Source of the DNA: Sulfurospirillum sp.
GTDB taxonomy: Bacteria; Campylobacterota; Campylobacteria; Campylobacterales; Arcobacteraceae
DNA: 64,000 bases
Assembly: GCA_030491005.1 (NCBI GenBank)
Contig: JAKZMJ010000023.1
Location: forward strand, 17,029 to 81,028
Direction: 5' to 3'
The translations under genes and the position numbers were made by a program. A model generated the notes under the pieces. The model saw only the letters and a program-made list of their open reading frames with translations, searched no databases and was not told where the DNA came from. Position 1 is the first letter of the stretch; every line of letters starts with the position of its first letter. Shown here one piece after another: positions 16,165 through 27,366 of the stretch.

Positions 16165-18960
16165 ATGACACTTTCAAGAAGAGATTTTCTTAAAAGTTCT
16201 GCTGCTGCTTCTGCTGCAACTGCAATTGGAATGGCGATACCTTCAAAACTTCATGCTGAGGCTAAAAAAGCCGAGGGAAATTGGAGATGGGACAAGGCTG
16301 CATGTAGATTTTGTGGTACTGGTTGTGGAATTATGTTGGCTACAAAAAATGGCAAAATCGTTGCAGTTAAAGGTGATCCTGCTGCTCCTGTTAACAGAGG
16401 ACTTAATTGTATTAAAGGTTATTTTAATGCAAAAATTATGTATGGTGCAGATAGACTAAAACAACCACTTTTAAGAATAGGAAAAGATGGTAAATTTGAT
16501 AAAAATGGTAAATTTCAAGTTGTTTCTTGGAAAAGAGCTTTTGATGAGATGGAATTTCATGCTAAAAAAGCGTTAAAACTCTCTGGTCCTGAAGGTGTTG
16601 CTGTTTTTGCATCTGGACAATATACAGTTCAAGAAGGATATGCTGCATTAAAAATGATGAAAGCAGGATTTAGATCAAATGCTATTGATCCAAATGCACG
16701 TCATTGTATGGCTTCTGCTGTTGTTGGTTTTTATCAAACTTTTGGTATTGATGAACCATCTGGATGTTATGATGATATTGAACTTACTGATACTATTGTT
16801 TCATGGGGTTCAAATATGGCAGAGATGCACCCAATTTTATGGTCAAGAGTAACAGATAGAAAATTATCAGATCCTAAAAAAGTGAAAATAATAAATTTAT
16901 CTACATATAGACATAGAACTTCTGATTTAGCTGATACGGAAATTATCTTTAAACCAAATTCAGATTTAGCTTTATGGAATTATATAGCTAGAGAAATTGT
17001 GTTTAATCATCCTTCTTCAATTGATTGGGATTTTGTTAATAAGCATATTGTATTTGCAGCTGCAAATACTAATATTGGTTATGGTATGAAAAAATCAAAT
17101 GAAAAATCAATGGATAAATATACGGCAAAAGAAAAAGAAATTATGGCTAAAGAAATGAGTAAAATCGTTTCTGAAGATGAAGCACCTGCTTTAGCACCAT
17201 ATGGTTATAAAGCTGGTGATACTATGATTATGGATAAACCAGGACTTCCACATTGGCAAATTCCTTTTGAAGAATATAAAAAATCTTTAGCACCATACAC
17301 AGCTGAATATGTTACAAAGATTTCAAAAGGTAACCCTGATGAATCTGATAAAGATTTTATGAAAAAGATTAAAGATTTAGCTGATTTATATATAGAAAAA
17401 GGAAGAAAAGTAGTATCTTTTTGGACTATGGGTATGAACCAACATACACGTGGAACTTGGGTAAATACTTTAGCTTATAATGTACACTTTTTACTTAACA
17501 AACAAGCAAAACCAGGTTCTGGTGCTTTTTCATTAACAGGACAACCAAGTGCTTGTGGAACTGCTAGAGAAGTTGGAACATTTTGTCACAGGTTACCTGC
17601 TGATATGATGGTTAAGAATCCAAAACACAGAGCAATTTGTGAAAAAGCTTGGGATATTCCTTCTAAAACTTTAAATAAAGTAGGAACTCAACATATGATG
17701 AAAATTCACAGAGATATAGAAGATGGTCTTGTGAAGTTTGCATGGATTAATGTTTGTAATCCTTATCAAGATACAGCATCTGCCTCACACTGGTTAAAAG
17801 CTGCACGAGAAATGGATAACTTTATAGTTTGTTCAGATGGTTATCCTGGAATTTCAGCTAAGGTTTCTGATCTAATTTTACCAACTGCTATGATTTATGA
17901 AAAATGGGGAGCTTATGGTAATGCTGAGAGACGAACACAGCATTGGAGACAACAAGTTATACCAATGGGTGATTCTATGTCTGATACTTGGCAATGGTTA
18001 GAATTTTCTAAAAGATTTACTGTAGCTGATTTATGGGGAAAATCTACTGTTAAAGGTGGAAAAGTAACTTTAAAAAATGTTATACCAGAAGCACTTAAAA
18101 TGGGATATAAAGAAGATACAACTATGTTTGATATATTATTTGCAAATGAAAAAGCAAAAGCATATAAACTAGATGATAATGACCCTATTCAAAAAGGTTA
18201 TGATAATACTGATGGTTTTGGAGATGCAAGAAAAGTTGTAGGTTCTGATGATAAAGTATTTGATGGTTATGGTTTTTTCATACAAAAATATCTTTTTGAA
18301 GAATATGCAGACTTTGGACGTGGACATGGGCATGATTTAGCTGACTTTGATACTTATCATAGAGTTAGAGGTTTAAAATGGCCAGTTGTTGATGGTAAAG
18401 AAACTCAATGGAGATTTAATGCTAAATATGACCCTTATGCTAAAAAAGCAAATACTGGTGAATTTGCATTTTATGGAACATTCTTAAAAGCTCAACCTAC
18501 AGGAACTTTAAGAGGTGTGACAAATAAAAAGAAAAATCCAATTCCAAATAAAGCAAAAATATTTGCTCGACCTTATATGGATGCACCAGAAATGCCTGAT
18601 AAAGAATATCCTGTATGGTTATCAACTGGTAGAGTTTTAGAACATTGGCATAGTGGAACTATGACTATGAGAGTTCCTGAATTATATAGAGCAGTTCCTG
18701 AAGCTTTATGTTATATACACCCAGATGATGCAAAACGTTACGATGTTAAACAAGGTGCTTTATGTTGGATTGAATCACGAAGAGGAAAAGTAAAAGCTAG
18801 AGTTGAAACAAGAGGAAGAAATAGACCTTCAAAAGGTTTAGTATTTGTACCTTGGTTTGATGAAAAAGTATTTATAAATAAAGTATGTTTAGATGCAACT
18901 TGTCCTTTATCAAAACAAACAGACTTTAAAAAATGTGCTGTAAAAATTTATAAAGCTTAG
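16165..18960 (+). CDS. napA: Periplasmic nitrate reductase catalytic subunit
   Basis: Tat signal '[17 protein letters not shown]'. 4Fe-4S motif 'CRFCGTGCG'. Molybdopterin oxidoreductase length and motifs (931 aa). Confidence 0.95.
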   Translation: MTLSRRDFLKSSAAASAATAIGMAIPSKLHAEAKKAEGNWRWDKAACRFCGTGCGIMLATKNGKIVAVKGDPAAPVNRGLNCIKGYFNAKIMYGADRLKQPLLRIGKDGKFDKNGKFQVVSWKRAFDEMEFHAKKALKLSGPEGVAVFASGQYTVQEGYAALKMMKAGFRSNAIDPNARHCMASAVVGFYQTFGIDEPSGCYDDIELTDTIVSWGSNMAEMHPILWSRVTDRKLSDPKKVKIINLSTYRHRTSDLADTEIIFKPNSDLALWNYIAREIVFNHPSSIDWDFVNKHIVFAAANTNIGYGMKKSNEKSMDKYTAKEKEIMAKEMSKIVSEDEAPALAPYGYKAGDTMIMDKPGLPHWQIPFEEYKKSLAPYTAEYVTKISKGNPDESDKDFMKKIKDLADLYIEKGRKVVSFWTMGMNQHTRGTWVNTLAYNVHFLLNKQAKPGSGAFSLTGQPSACGTAREVGTFCHRLPADMMVKNPKHRAICEKAWDIPSKTLNKVGTQHMMKIHRDIEDGLVKFAWINVCNPYQDTASASHWLKAAREMDNFIVCSDGYPGISAKVSDLILPTAMIYEKWGAYGNAERRTQHWRQQVIPMGDSMSDTWQWLEFSKRFTVADLWGKSTVKGGKVTLKNVIPEALKMGYKEDTTMFDILFANEKAKAYKLDDNDPIQKGYDNTDGFGDARKVVGSDDKVFDGYGFFIQKYLFEEYADFGRGHGHDLADFDTYHRVRGLKWPVVDGKETQWRFNAKYDPYAKKANTGEFAFYGTFLKAQPTGTLRGVTNKKKNPIPNKAKIFARPYMDAPEMPDKEYPVWLSTGRVLEHWHSGTMTMRVPELYRAVPEALCYIHPDDAKRYDVKQGALCWIESRRGKVKARVETRGRNRPSKGLVFVPWFDEKVFINKVCLDATCPLSKQTDFKKCAVKIYKA

Positions 18961-18968
18961 TATCTATA

Positions 18969-19766
18969 ATGTCACATAAAACACAAAACACATTAAACAG
19001 AAGAGAATTCTTTCTAAATGGTGCAAGAACTATAGGACTTGCATCACTTGGTGGTTTAATGTGGAGTGCATATGTGCATGAAGTTACAGCATCACCTTTG
19101 ATCCTAAGACCACCTGGAGCATTAGAAGAAAAGTCATTCTTATCTACATGCATTAAATGTGGTATGTGTGTGGAAGCCTGTCCTTTTGATACTTTAAAAT
19201 TAGCACAAGCAGGAGATAATAAACCTTTAGGTACTCCTTATTTTATACCAAGAGACACTCCTTGTTATATGTGTCCTGATATTCCTTGTGTGCCAGTTTG
19301 TCCAAGTGATGCTTTAGATATATTAAGTTTAACAAAAGATAATAAACTTGATATTAATACTGCTGATATGGGTGTTGCTGTTATTGATAGTGAAAACTGT
19401 ATTGCTTTTTGGGGTATTCAATGTGATGCTTGTTATAGAGCCTGTCCGATTTTAGGTGAAGCTATAACTGTTGAGTATACAAAAAATGAAAGAACAGGTA
19501 AACATGCTTTTATGAAACCAGTTGTACATTCAAATGTTTGTACTGGTTGTGGTTTATGCGAAAAAGCTTGTGTTACACAAAAAGCATCTATATTTGTACT
19601 TCCAAGACAAATAGCATTAGGTAAAGCTGGTGGTCATTATATTAAAGGCTGGGATGAAAGTGATGAAAAAAGATTAGAAGATACTAATACGATAAATACA
19701 ACTGATATTAGTAAAAGAAAAGCAGTTGATTCGTTAAATGATTTAGGTGGACTATTAGATGATTAA
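18969..19766 (+). CDS. napG: Ferredoxin-type protein NapG
   Basis: Tat-like 'NRREFFLNGART' and four CxxCxxCxxxCP-type clusters. Position after napA. Confidence 0.9.
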   Translation: MSHKTQNTLNRREFFLNGARTIGLASLGGLMWSAYVHEVTASPLILRPPGALEEKSFLSTCIKCGMCVEACPFDTLKLAQAGDNKPLGTPYFIPRDTPCYMCPDIPCVPVCPSDALDILSLTKDNKLDINTADMGVAVIDSENCIAFWGIQCDACYRACPILGEAITVEYTKNERTGKHAFMKPVVHSNVCTGCGLCEKACVTQKASIFVLPRQIALGKAGGHYIKGWDESDEKRLEDTNTINTTDISKRKAVDSLNDLGGLLDD

Positions 19767-20580
19767 AAAATATAGATATCTTATTGCTAGAAGATTTACT
19801 CAAGTATTTATTATGTTTTTATACATTATCGCAAATATTTGGGGTATTAATATCTTAACTGGTAATTTAAGTTCATCTCTTTTTTTAGGATTTGTTCCAT
19901 TAAGTGACCCTTTTGCGGCACTTCAAATGTTCGTAGCAGGGGCAATTATTTCAAGTGATATAATTATTGGTATTGTATTAATTATTATATTTTATGCCGT
20001 TTTAGGTGGTAGGACATTTTGTTCTTGGGTTTGCCCTGTGAATTTAATTACAGATTTGGCTAATTATATAAGAAGAAAAGCAGGTTTTAATAGTATACAA
20101 AAGAAACAACCAGCATCAAGAAACATAAGGTATTGGGTTATAGTTATGAGTTTAATAATTTCATATGTATTAGGTATAACTGCATTTGAGTTTATATCTC
20201 CTATATCTATTATTCATAGAGGTATAATATTTGGCTTAGGGCTTTCTTGGGCTGCTATGCTTATAATATTTTTCTTTGATTTATTTGTTTTAAAAAATGG
20301 TTGGTGTGGTTATATATGCCCTCTTGGTGGATTTTATTCAATAATTTCTAAATATAGTTTAATAAGAGTACATCATAATGTTGACAATTGTACAGAATGT
20401 ATGAAATGTAAAGAAGTTTGTCCTGAAATGCAAGTTTTACATATGATAACAAAAGAATCTCTTCCTGTTTTAGGAGGAGAGTGTACAAATTGTGCTAGGT
20501 GTATTGAGGTTTGTGATGATGAATCTTTATATTTTTCAATAAAGAATTTAAAAAAGGAAAGTAAAAATGAAAATAAGTAA
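19759..20580 (+). CDS. napH: Membrane quinol dehydrogenase subunit NapH
   Basis: TM helices, 'CSWVCP' and 'CGYICPLG', C-terminal 2x[4Fe-4S] motifs. Confidence 0.9.
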   Translation: MIKKYRYLIARRFTQVFIMFLYIIANIWGINILTGNLSSSLFLGFVPLSDPFAALQMFVAGAIISSDIIIGIVLIIIFYAVLGGRTFCSWVCPVNLITDLANYIRRKAGFNSIQKKQPASRNIRYWVIVMSLIISYVLGITAFEFISPISIIHRGIIFGLGLSWAAMLIIFFFDLFVLKNGWCGYICPLGGFYSIISKYSLIRVHHNVDNCTECMKCKEVCPEMQVLHMITKESLPVLGGECTNCARCIEVCDDESLYFSIKNLKKESKNENK

Positions 20581-21169
20581 AATAATCTTAAGTACAGTTA
20601 TAATAGCTTTGGTTTTTATTGTTGGTTGTTCTACACAGCAAAGTATAAGCGAAGAATCTTTAGGTTTAAGAAAAACTGATATATATACAGAAAATACTAC
20701 CCAAGGTGATAAAACTATGTATGGTAAAAGTCCTGCAGGTACGTCAAAGACATTTAAAAGAGCCTTTGAAAACTCACCTCCTATGATACCTCATGATACA
20801 GAAGGTATGATGCCAATTACTATATCTTATAATGCGTGTACAGGGTGTCATGATCCAGCAGTTGCACCTTCTATGAATGCAACTCCTATTCCAAAAACTC
20901 ACTTTACAGATTATAGACCAAGCACTTCATTAGCAAATGATGGACGAATAGTTAAGAATGGCAAAATTATAATTAATTCAGCAGATATAATTACTAGTTC
21001 AAAGAAATTAGGTCATTTATCAGGTTCAAGATTTAATTGTACACAATGTCATGCTCCACAATCAACAGGAAAATTAGTCGTTGAAAATGAATTTGAAGGA
21101 GACTTTAGAAAAAAAGGTGCTAATAAAACTTCTAATTTAATGGATAATATTAATGAGGGTGTAAAATAA
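20567..21169 (+). CDS. napB: Dihaem cytochrome c NapB
   Basis: Signal/lipobox 'FIVGC' and two haem motifs, CTGCH and CTQCH. Confidence 0.85.
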   Translation: MKISKIILSTVIIALVFIVGCSTQQSISEESLGLRKTDIYTENTTQGDKTMYGKSPAGTSKTFKRAFENSPPMIPHDTEGMMPITISYNACTGCHDPAVAPSMNATPIPKTHFTDYRPSTSLANDGRIVKNGKIIINSADIITSSKKLGHLSGSRFNCTQCHAPQSTGKLVVENEFEGDFRKKGANKTSNLMDNINEGVK

Positions 21170-21174
21170 AGCAG

Positions 21175-21654
21175 ATGAAAAGAAGAGATTTTTTTTCTTC
21201 TTTTTCTTTATCTTCTAGTGAAGATAAAAATAAAGAAAATCTTATAAGACCTCCTTATTTTAAAGATGAAAATGATTTTTCAAAACAATGTATAAGCTGT
21301 GATGCTAGATGTGTTTCTTCTTGTGATGAAAATATCATTTTTCTATCTAAAAATAAAACACCCTATCTTGATTTTTCAAATGGTGGCTGTACATATTGTG
21401 ATGAATGTGCAAATATTTGTCATAAGAATGTACTAAACTTAGAGTTTAAAAAACATATTTCTTCTAGTATTACTCTTGATATAACAAAGTGTTTAAGCTG
21501 GAATGATGTCATGTGCTTTTCATGTAAAGACCCTTGCTTAGATGATGCAATTTCGTTCTTAACTATGTTTAAACCAGAGATTTTAGATAATTGTACTTTA
21601 TGTGGCTTTTGTATTAGTAGATGTCCAAGTAATGCTATAAGTATTAATGCTTAG
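21175..21654 (+). CDS. napF: Ferredoxin-type protein NapF
   Basis: N-terminal 'KRRDFF' and four Cys clusters (e.g. CTYCDECANIC, CTLCGFCISRCP), 159 aa. Confidence 0.8.
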   Translation: MKRRDFFSSFSLSSSEDKNKENLIRPPYFKDENDFSKQCISCDARCVSSCDENIIFLSKNKTPYLDFSNGGCTYCDECANICHKNVLNLEFKKHISSSITLDITKCLSWNDVMCFSCKDPCLDDAISFLTMFKPEILDNCTLCGFCISRCPSNAISINA

Positions 21655-21802
21655 AAGATAAATATATAACATTTATGTAAAAGTTGCTAAATATGCTTAG
21701 CTAAATATTTGTAGCTTACAAGCTTTTTTATTTTTAGTATAAATAAACTATTATTTAATATAAAATTAGAGTAATTAACCTAAATTATGTCATAATACTT
21801 TT

Positions 21803-22468
21803 ATGAAAATATATAAACCTAAAACAAAAGAGAAAATAAAAAATTCTGCCATTGAACTATTTAACAATAATGATACATTATCCATTACAACAAATCATAT
21901 AGCTAAAAATATCGGGATATCTTCTGGAAATCTTTATTATCATTATAAAAACAAAGAAGAAATCATACGAGAAATATATCAAGATGTATCAAAAATATTT
22001 GAATCATATAATTTTTTTGAAACTATATTAATTTGTAATAACCCAATTCAAGGACTTTTACATATGCATGATACCTATGTAGAATTATTTTTAAAATATA
22101 AATTCTTGATGAGAGATTCAGCTGTGTTGATGGCAGTTGACCCATTATTAAAACTTATGTATGCAGATAAACAAAATAAAAGAATTATTCAAATTGAAGG
22201 AATTTTAAAATATTTAATTAGCCAAGAAATTTTAGTAGGCATACCTATTCACGAGATACCAATTAGGGCAAAACTTCATTGGTTTGTTTCTGCATATTGG
22301 CAAGTATTTTCAACTACAACCAATGATGTTAGCAAAAAATCAATTTTAGAAACAAAAGAAGTGATATTTAACATACATATTTATCCTTTTTTATCAGTAA
22401 AAGGTGAAAAAATGCTAGAAGAATATATGAAATTTACAGAAGGAAAATTAAAATGGATAATGAAATAA
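21803..22468 (+). CDS. TetR-family transcriptional regulator
   Basis: 'IKNSAIELFNNN..LSITTNHIAKNIGISSGNLYYHYKNKEEII'. Confidence 0.85.
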   Translation: MKIYKPKTKEKIKNSAIELFNNNDTLSITTNHIAKNIGISSGNLYYHYKNKEEIIREIYQDVSKIFESYNFFETILICNNPIQGLLHMHDTYVELFLKYKFLMRDSAVLMAVDPLLKLMYADKQNKRIIQIEGILKYLISQEILVGIPIHEIPIRAKLHWFVSAYWQVFSTTTNDVSKKSILETKEVIFNIHIYPFLSVKGEKMLEEYMKFTEGKLKWIMK

Positions 22469-22944
22469 TAATTAGAACAAACTTCAAATCTGGTGATTTA
22501 GGTGCCATTATATCTTTACATGGCAATTTATATTCAAAAGAATATGCTTATGATTATACATTTGAAGCATATGTTGGAGAAGAAATGTCAAAATTTGCAA
22601 AAAGAAAAAATCCAAGAGAACAAATATGGATTGTTGAATATAAAAATGAAATAGTTGGTTCAATATCAATTTGTGAATCCTCAGACATAGAAGCACAATT
22701 GAGATGGTTTTTAATTAGCCCAAAATTAAGAGGAAAAGGTATAGGGCAAAACCTTATATCACAAGCATTAAAATTTGTTCAAGAACAATCATATCAACAG
22801 GTGCAACTTTGGACTGTAAAAGGTTTAGAGTCAGCAAAAAAATTGTATTTAAAAGAAAATTTTATTTTAGAAAAAGAAATTACACACAATATTTGGGGTT
22901 CTAATCAAACAGAACAAAAATATACAAAAAAATTACAAGTTTGA
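22453..22944 (+). CDS. GNAT-family N-acetyltransferase
   Basis: 'QLRWFLISPKLRGKGIGQNLISQALKF' (acetyl-CoA motif A). Overlaps the TetR gene end. Confidence 0.8.
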   Translation: MDNEIIIRTNFKSGDLGAIISLHGNLYSKEYAYDYTFEAYVGEEMSKFAKRKNPREQIWIVEYKNEIVGSISICESSDIEAQLRWFLISPKLRGKGIGQNLISQALKFVQEQSYQQVQLWTVKGLESAKKLYLKENFILEKEITHNIWGSNQTEQKYTKKLQV

Positions 22945-23222
22945 AATGAAGTTCAAATAGGCTTGGAGAGAGATATTTAAATCTTGGCTAGACAAATATT
23001 CATTCAGTAAATTAATGTAATAATGATTTAGTTAAAAACTAGCTTATATAATCATATGAAAATTATATGAGGATTAAAAATAAGATTTTAGAAAAAGATT
23101 TTTTAATTGCTATTATTTATTATGCACTTGTAGTTATATGATACAATGTCAAATAAATTAAGAAAAATAAGCTATAAAATTTACTTAAACATATAGTTTT
23201 TTTTAGGAATTATAGGAAATCA

Positions 23223-25166
23223 ATGGCACTAATAGATTTACAAAATATATCCAAGCAATATGACACAAAAATTATTTTAAAAGATATCAATTTTACTATT
23301 CAAGAAGGTCAAAGAATTGCTATTTTAGGTCAAAATGGTCAAGGTAAATCTACTTTAATGAAGATAATTACAGGTGATGTTAAAGAAGATTCAGGCATTC
23401 GCTCTATTGGTAAATCTATTAAAATAGAGATGTTAGATCAAAGGGTGCAATTTAAAGAAAACCTAAGTGTAAGAGATGCAATTTTATCACAATTAACTTC
23501 GCTACAAGATGCAAAAAAGCAATATGATGACTTACTTATTAAACTAGCTTCAAATTATGAAGATAAAGAACTTTTAAACAAACAAAGTGAACTAGCTTCA
23601 TATTTAGATTATCATAATGCTTGGGATTTAGACAATATGATTGAAAGAGTTTTACAAGAATTTGCTCTAAAAGAATATGAACATAAGAATGTAAATATTC
23701 TAAGTGGAGGTGAGCAACGCCGTGTTGCTCTTGCGGGATTAATTTTGAAAAAACCTGATATCTTACTTTTAGATGAACCTACTAATCATCTTGATGTTTA
23801 TATGGTGGAATTTTTAGAAGAATTGTTAGTTAAAAATAAATTTACACTTATATTTATATCTCATGATAGATATTTTATAAATAATCTTGCAAGTAATATA
23901 GTGGAGATTAGTGATGGTAATTTAAGAAAATTTCATGGAGGATATTCTGCATATTTAGAACAAAAACAAGAACTTTTAGCAAATATGCAAAAAGACCAAA
24001 AAAATCTAATAAGACTTTTTAAAGCAGAAGCACATTGGATGCAAAGAGGTGTAACAGCTAGGCGAAAAAGAAATGAAAGAAGAAAAGCACAATACTTGGA
24101 ACTTAAACAACAAGTAAAATCAAACCCATCACAAATAAACAAAATGTCACTTGATTTACAAAGAGAACAAAAATCATTTAATAGTGAAAATACAAGAACA
24201 ATAAATAAGAAAAAAATGCTTTTTGAATTAAAAGATATCACAAAAAGTTTAGGGGATAAACTTCTTATTAAAAACTTTTCAACAAGAATATTACAAAAAG
24301 ACACCATAGCAATAGTTGGTCCAAATGGTACAGGAAAATCTACTTTATTAAAAATATTTATAGAAAAACTAAAAGTTGATAAGGGTTTATTTAAAAAAGG
24401 TGAGTTTAAAGTAGGATATTTTGATCAACAAAGAGAAATGTTAAGTGATGATGCTACTATTATGGATATGTTTTGTCCTATGGGTGGAGATAGAATTGAG
24501 CTAAATGATGGAAGAGAGATGCACGTTTACGGGTATTTAAAGAACTTTCTTTTTCCAAAAGAATATTTAAATAAAAAAATAGGTTTATTAAGTGGTGGTG
24601 AAAAAAATAGAGTTGCACTTGCACTTTTATTTACTAAAAAAATAGATTGTTTAGTACTTGATGAACCTACAAATGACTTAGATATACCTACTATTAATAT
24701 ACTTGAAGAATATTTACAAAGTTTTCAAGGTGCTTTGATATTCGTATCTCATGATAGATATTTTGTAGATAAAATTGCTAAGAAACTTTTTGTTTTTCAA
24801 GGAAAAGATGGACAAATAATGGAAAGTTTTCAAAAGTATACCCAATACTTAGAAATAGAAAAAGAATTAAGTACTTTAGATGACTTAAATAAAGAATATA
24901 CTCCTGTAAAAGAAAAAAAGATTACAAATAATAACAATAAATTATCATATAAAGATAAAAGAGAATATGAACTTTTACCAAAACAACTTGAAGATCTTGA
25001 AAAACAAATAGCAGATATTAATATCTGCCTTAGCGATCCTGCTTGTTATGAGGAAAAAGGCTTAATTAAACTTTCAGGTGAACTGCAAAACTTAGAAAAT
25101 ATTTATGAAACAAAAGTTGAAAGTTTTTTAAAATTAGAAGAATTACTAGAAAGTTTTAATTTATAA
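23223..25166 (+). CDS. ABC-F family ATPase (Uup-like)
   Basis: Two ABC cassettes ('GQNGQGKST', 'LSGGEQRR', 'GPNGTGKST', 'LSGGEKNR'), a charged linker, a C-terminal coiled-coil, and no TM domain. Confidence 0.9.
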   Translation: MALIDLQNISKQYDTKIILKDINFTIQEGQRIAILGQNGQGKSTLMKIITGDVKEDSGIRSIGKSIKIEMLDQRVQFKENLSVRDAILSQLTSLQDAKKQYDDLLIKLASNYEDKELLNKQSELASYLDYHNAWDLDNMIERVLQEFALKEYEHKNVNILSGGEQRRVALAGLILKKPDILLLDEPTNHLDVYMVEFLEELLVKNKFTLIFISHDRYFINNLASNIVEISDGNLRKFHGGYSAYLEQKQELLANMQKDQKNLIRLFKAEAHWMQRGVTARRKRNERRKAQYLELKQQVKSNPSQINKMSLDLQREQKSFNSENTRTINKKKMLFELKDITKSLGDKLLIKNFSTRILQKDTIAIVGPNGTGKSTLLKIFIEKLKVDKGLFKKGEFKVGYFDQQREMLSDDATIMDMFCPMGGDRIELNDGREMHVYGYLKNFLFPKEYLNKKIGLLSGGEKNRVALALLFTKKIDCLVLDEPTNDLDIPTINILEEYLQSFQGALIFVSHDRYFVDKIAKKLFVFQGKDGQIMESFQKYTQYLEIEKELSTLDDLNKEYTPVKEKKITNNNNKLSYKDKREYELLPKQLEDLEKQIADINICLSDPACYEEKGLIKLSGELQNLENIYETKVESFLKLEELLESFNL

Positions 25167-25208
25167 TTAGTTACAATTAAGAATTAATAATATTTTATAA
25201 GGGAAACT

Positions 25209-25652
25209 ATGACACTAAAAGAACAATTAAAAATAGATTTAAAAAATTCTATGAGAAATAAAGAAATAGTAAAAAGAGATTGTATAAGAGCTATTAATAC
25301 TATGATTAAACAAGTTGAAGTTGATGAAAGAATAGAATTAGATGATAAGGCTATTGTAAAACTTATTCAAAAAGGTATTAAACAAAGGCTAGAAGCTATT
25401 GTACAGTATGAAAAAGCATCAAGAGAAGATTTAGTACAAAAAGAGCAAGAACAAATAGATGTTTTTAGCTTATATTTACCAAAACAATTAAATGAAGAAG
25501 AATTAAAAGCTAAATTAGAAGAAATTATGAAAAAAAATGATATTACTTCTAAAAAAGAAATTGGAAAAATAATGGGCATTGCGAGTAAAGAACTAGCTGG
25601 AACTGTAGACGGAAAAAGAATAAGTGAGATGGTTAAAAATTTATTAGTTTAA
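25209..25652 (+). CDS. yqeY: GatB/YqeY domain protein
   Basis: 'LKEQLKIDLKNSMRNKE..RDCIRAINTMIKQVEVDE', 147 aa. Confidence 0.8.
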   Translation: MTLKEQLKIDLKNSMRNKEIVKRDCIRAINTMIKQVEVDERIELDDKAIVKLIQKGIKQRLEAIVQYEKASREDLVQKEQEQIDVFSLYLPKQLNEEELKAKLEEIMKKNDITSKKEIGKIMGIASKELAGTVDGKRISEMVKNLLV

Positions 25653-25742
25653 TTTTTCACTAAAGGATATATAATAGAAAATCAAATTAAATCTATATCA
25701 AATGAAGAACTTATAGCTTTATATAAAGACAAGATATTATCT

Positions 25743-26933
25743 ATGCCTGAAGAATTGAAAAAAGAGTTTGATGAAATATCTAAAACATATGATTTAAATT
25801 TTATAGAATCTAATAAATTAAAAGAATTAATTCCAAAATTAAACAAACATGAACAAGATGAATTAAAAGAAAATACTCAAATAGATTTACAAAAAATACT
25901 TGATATATTATTTAAAAGAGTAAATATAAACAATCTTAGAAGTTTAAATATACTATTTTCAAAAGCACTTACTCCCTCTATTGATGTGGGGTTTAATCCT
26001 GAGATAGAAAAAATTTCAAAAGAATTAAATATCCGTCCTGAACTACTTTTTAATATTGCTATGCAAGAGAAAATGTCAAATTGTATTAATAGTCGTTTTA
26101 TTAATGATAAGAAAATAATTAATAAAATAAGTTCTAATATTTCAGATCTTTTAAGTTTAGTTGAGCAGCGATTTGAAAATACTCTTAAAAATACAGGAGA
26201 TGGTTCAATTGCTATTTCAAATATTAAAACAAAAATTAAATCAATAAAAATTAATAATGTTGGATTAGAACAATTGGTTTTTTTACAAAACGAACTAATT
26301 AATTCAGCATTAAGCATTGAAAATGAGATTGATAATGTAGGAAAAACAATACTAAGTTCAAAGTCAGAAATCTCTATCCTACAAAATAAAATAAGCAAGC
26401 TTGAAAATGAATTAGAAAAAACAAAAGAAGAAAGTTCAAGAGATGATTTAACCGAATTATTAAATAGAAAAGCATATGAAAAAGAAGCTTCCAAACTTGA
26501 AAGTTTATATTCAAGAAGCCAAAATAATTATGCAATTGTTTTTATAGACCTCGATAATTTTAAAAAAGTTAATGATACATATGGGCATAGTGCGGGGGAT
26601 ATGGTACTTGTTAAATTTTCAAAATTTTTAAAAAAAGAAACTAGAGGTTTGGATATAATAGCTAGATATGGTGGAGAAGAGTTCGTTGCAATATTAAATT
26701 TTACTATCATTGAAGAGTTAGTGAGATATTTAAAAAGAATAAAAAATATAATAAATGAAAATGTATTTTTGTATAAAGAAAAGAAAATAACAGTTACATT
26801 TTCAGCAGGTGTAGCAATAAGAAATAATCATTCTTCTTATAAGGATACGATACACAAAGCTGATACATTATTATATAGGGCAAAAGATCAAGGTAAGAAT
26901 AAAATTATTCTTGAAAATGGACTCGTTTTGTAA
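25743..26933 (+). CDS. Diguanylate cyclase (GGDEF) with coiled-coil N-terminal region
   Basis: 'DDLTELLNRKAY', 'FIDLDNFKKVNDTYGHSAGD', 'RYGGEEF', 'ADTLLYRAKDQGKN'. Confidence 0.9.
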   Translation: MPEELKKEFDEISKTYDLNFIESNKLKELIPKLNKHEQDELKENTQIDLQKILDILFKRVNINNLRSLNILFSKALTPSIDVGFNPEIEKISKELNIRPELLFNIAMQEKMSNCINSRFINDKKIINKISSNISDLLSLVEQRFENTLKNTGDGSIAISNIKTKIKSIKINNVGLEQLVFLQNELINSALSIENEIDNVGKTILSSKSEISILQNKISKLENELEKTKEESSRDDLTELLNRKAYEKEASKLESLYSRSQNNYAIVFIDLDNFKKVNDTYGHSAGDMVLVKFSKFLKKETRGLDIIARYGGEEFVAILNFTIIEELVRYLKRIKNIINENVFLYKEKKITVTFSAGVAIRNNHSSYKDTIHKADTLLYRAKDQGKNKIILENGLVL

Positions 26934-26956
26934 AGAATATATAAGATAGGGGAAAT

Positions 26957-27286
26957 ATGAAAAAGTTAGTATGCAGTTTTTTATTATTAACAAGTATTTG
27001 TTTTGCACAAGAAAATAAGATAAATCAAGTAGATTGCTTAATTTTAAAAGACGAAGATTCTATTATATGTAAATATTCTATTGAACGCTTAGAGTATGAA
27101 AAAGAAATAGAAATTCAATGGATAGACCCAGATAATGAGCTTTCAAGAAATAGAAAAATAATTATACCACTTGGTCATAGTTCAATTTATGATTTTAGGT
27201 ATATAACAGGTAGGCAAAAAGGTGTGTGGATATTTAAAGTTATTGATGATAAAAAAGAATATACTACTAGTTTTAAATTAGAATAA
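26957..27286 (+). CDS. Small exported hypothetical protein
   Basis: Signal peptide 'MKKLVCSFLLLTSICFAQ'. No known motif. Confidence 0.55.
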   Translation: MKKLVCSFLLLTSICFAQENKINQVDCLILKDEDSIICKYSIERLEYEKEIEIQWIDPDNELSRNRKIIIPLGHSSIYDFRYITGRQKGVWIFKVIDDKKEYTTSFKLE

Positions 27287-27366
27287 AGTATATTTATTAA
27301 ATTTTAATTGATATTTAGTTAACATAATTGTCTTAAATATAAGTAAATTACAAGGTATAAACTCTA

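Noticed and set aside
21655-21802. Possible rho-independent terminator after napF (AGCTTACAAGCTTTTTTATTTTT) and the direct repeat GCTAAATAT x2
   Set aside because: The stem is only 4-5 bp with a 2-4-nt loop, which is too weak to call.
25877-26494. Long antisense or alternative-frame ORFs from the track: 25877-26494, 6467-6772, 14285-14662, 15420-15731, 16226-16459, 23933-24307, 28764-29165, 29175-29492, 38022-38426, 39452-39832, 60129-60347, 62203-62397, 62415-62666 and others
   Set aside because: Each lies entirely inside a well-supported gene with clear family motifs on the other strand or frame. Their translations are low-complexity (S/F/L/I-rich), as expected from stop-poor antisense frames of AT-rich coding DNA.
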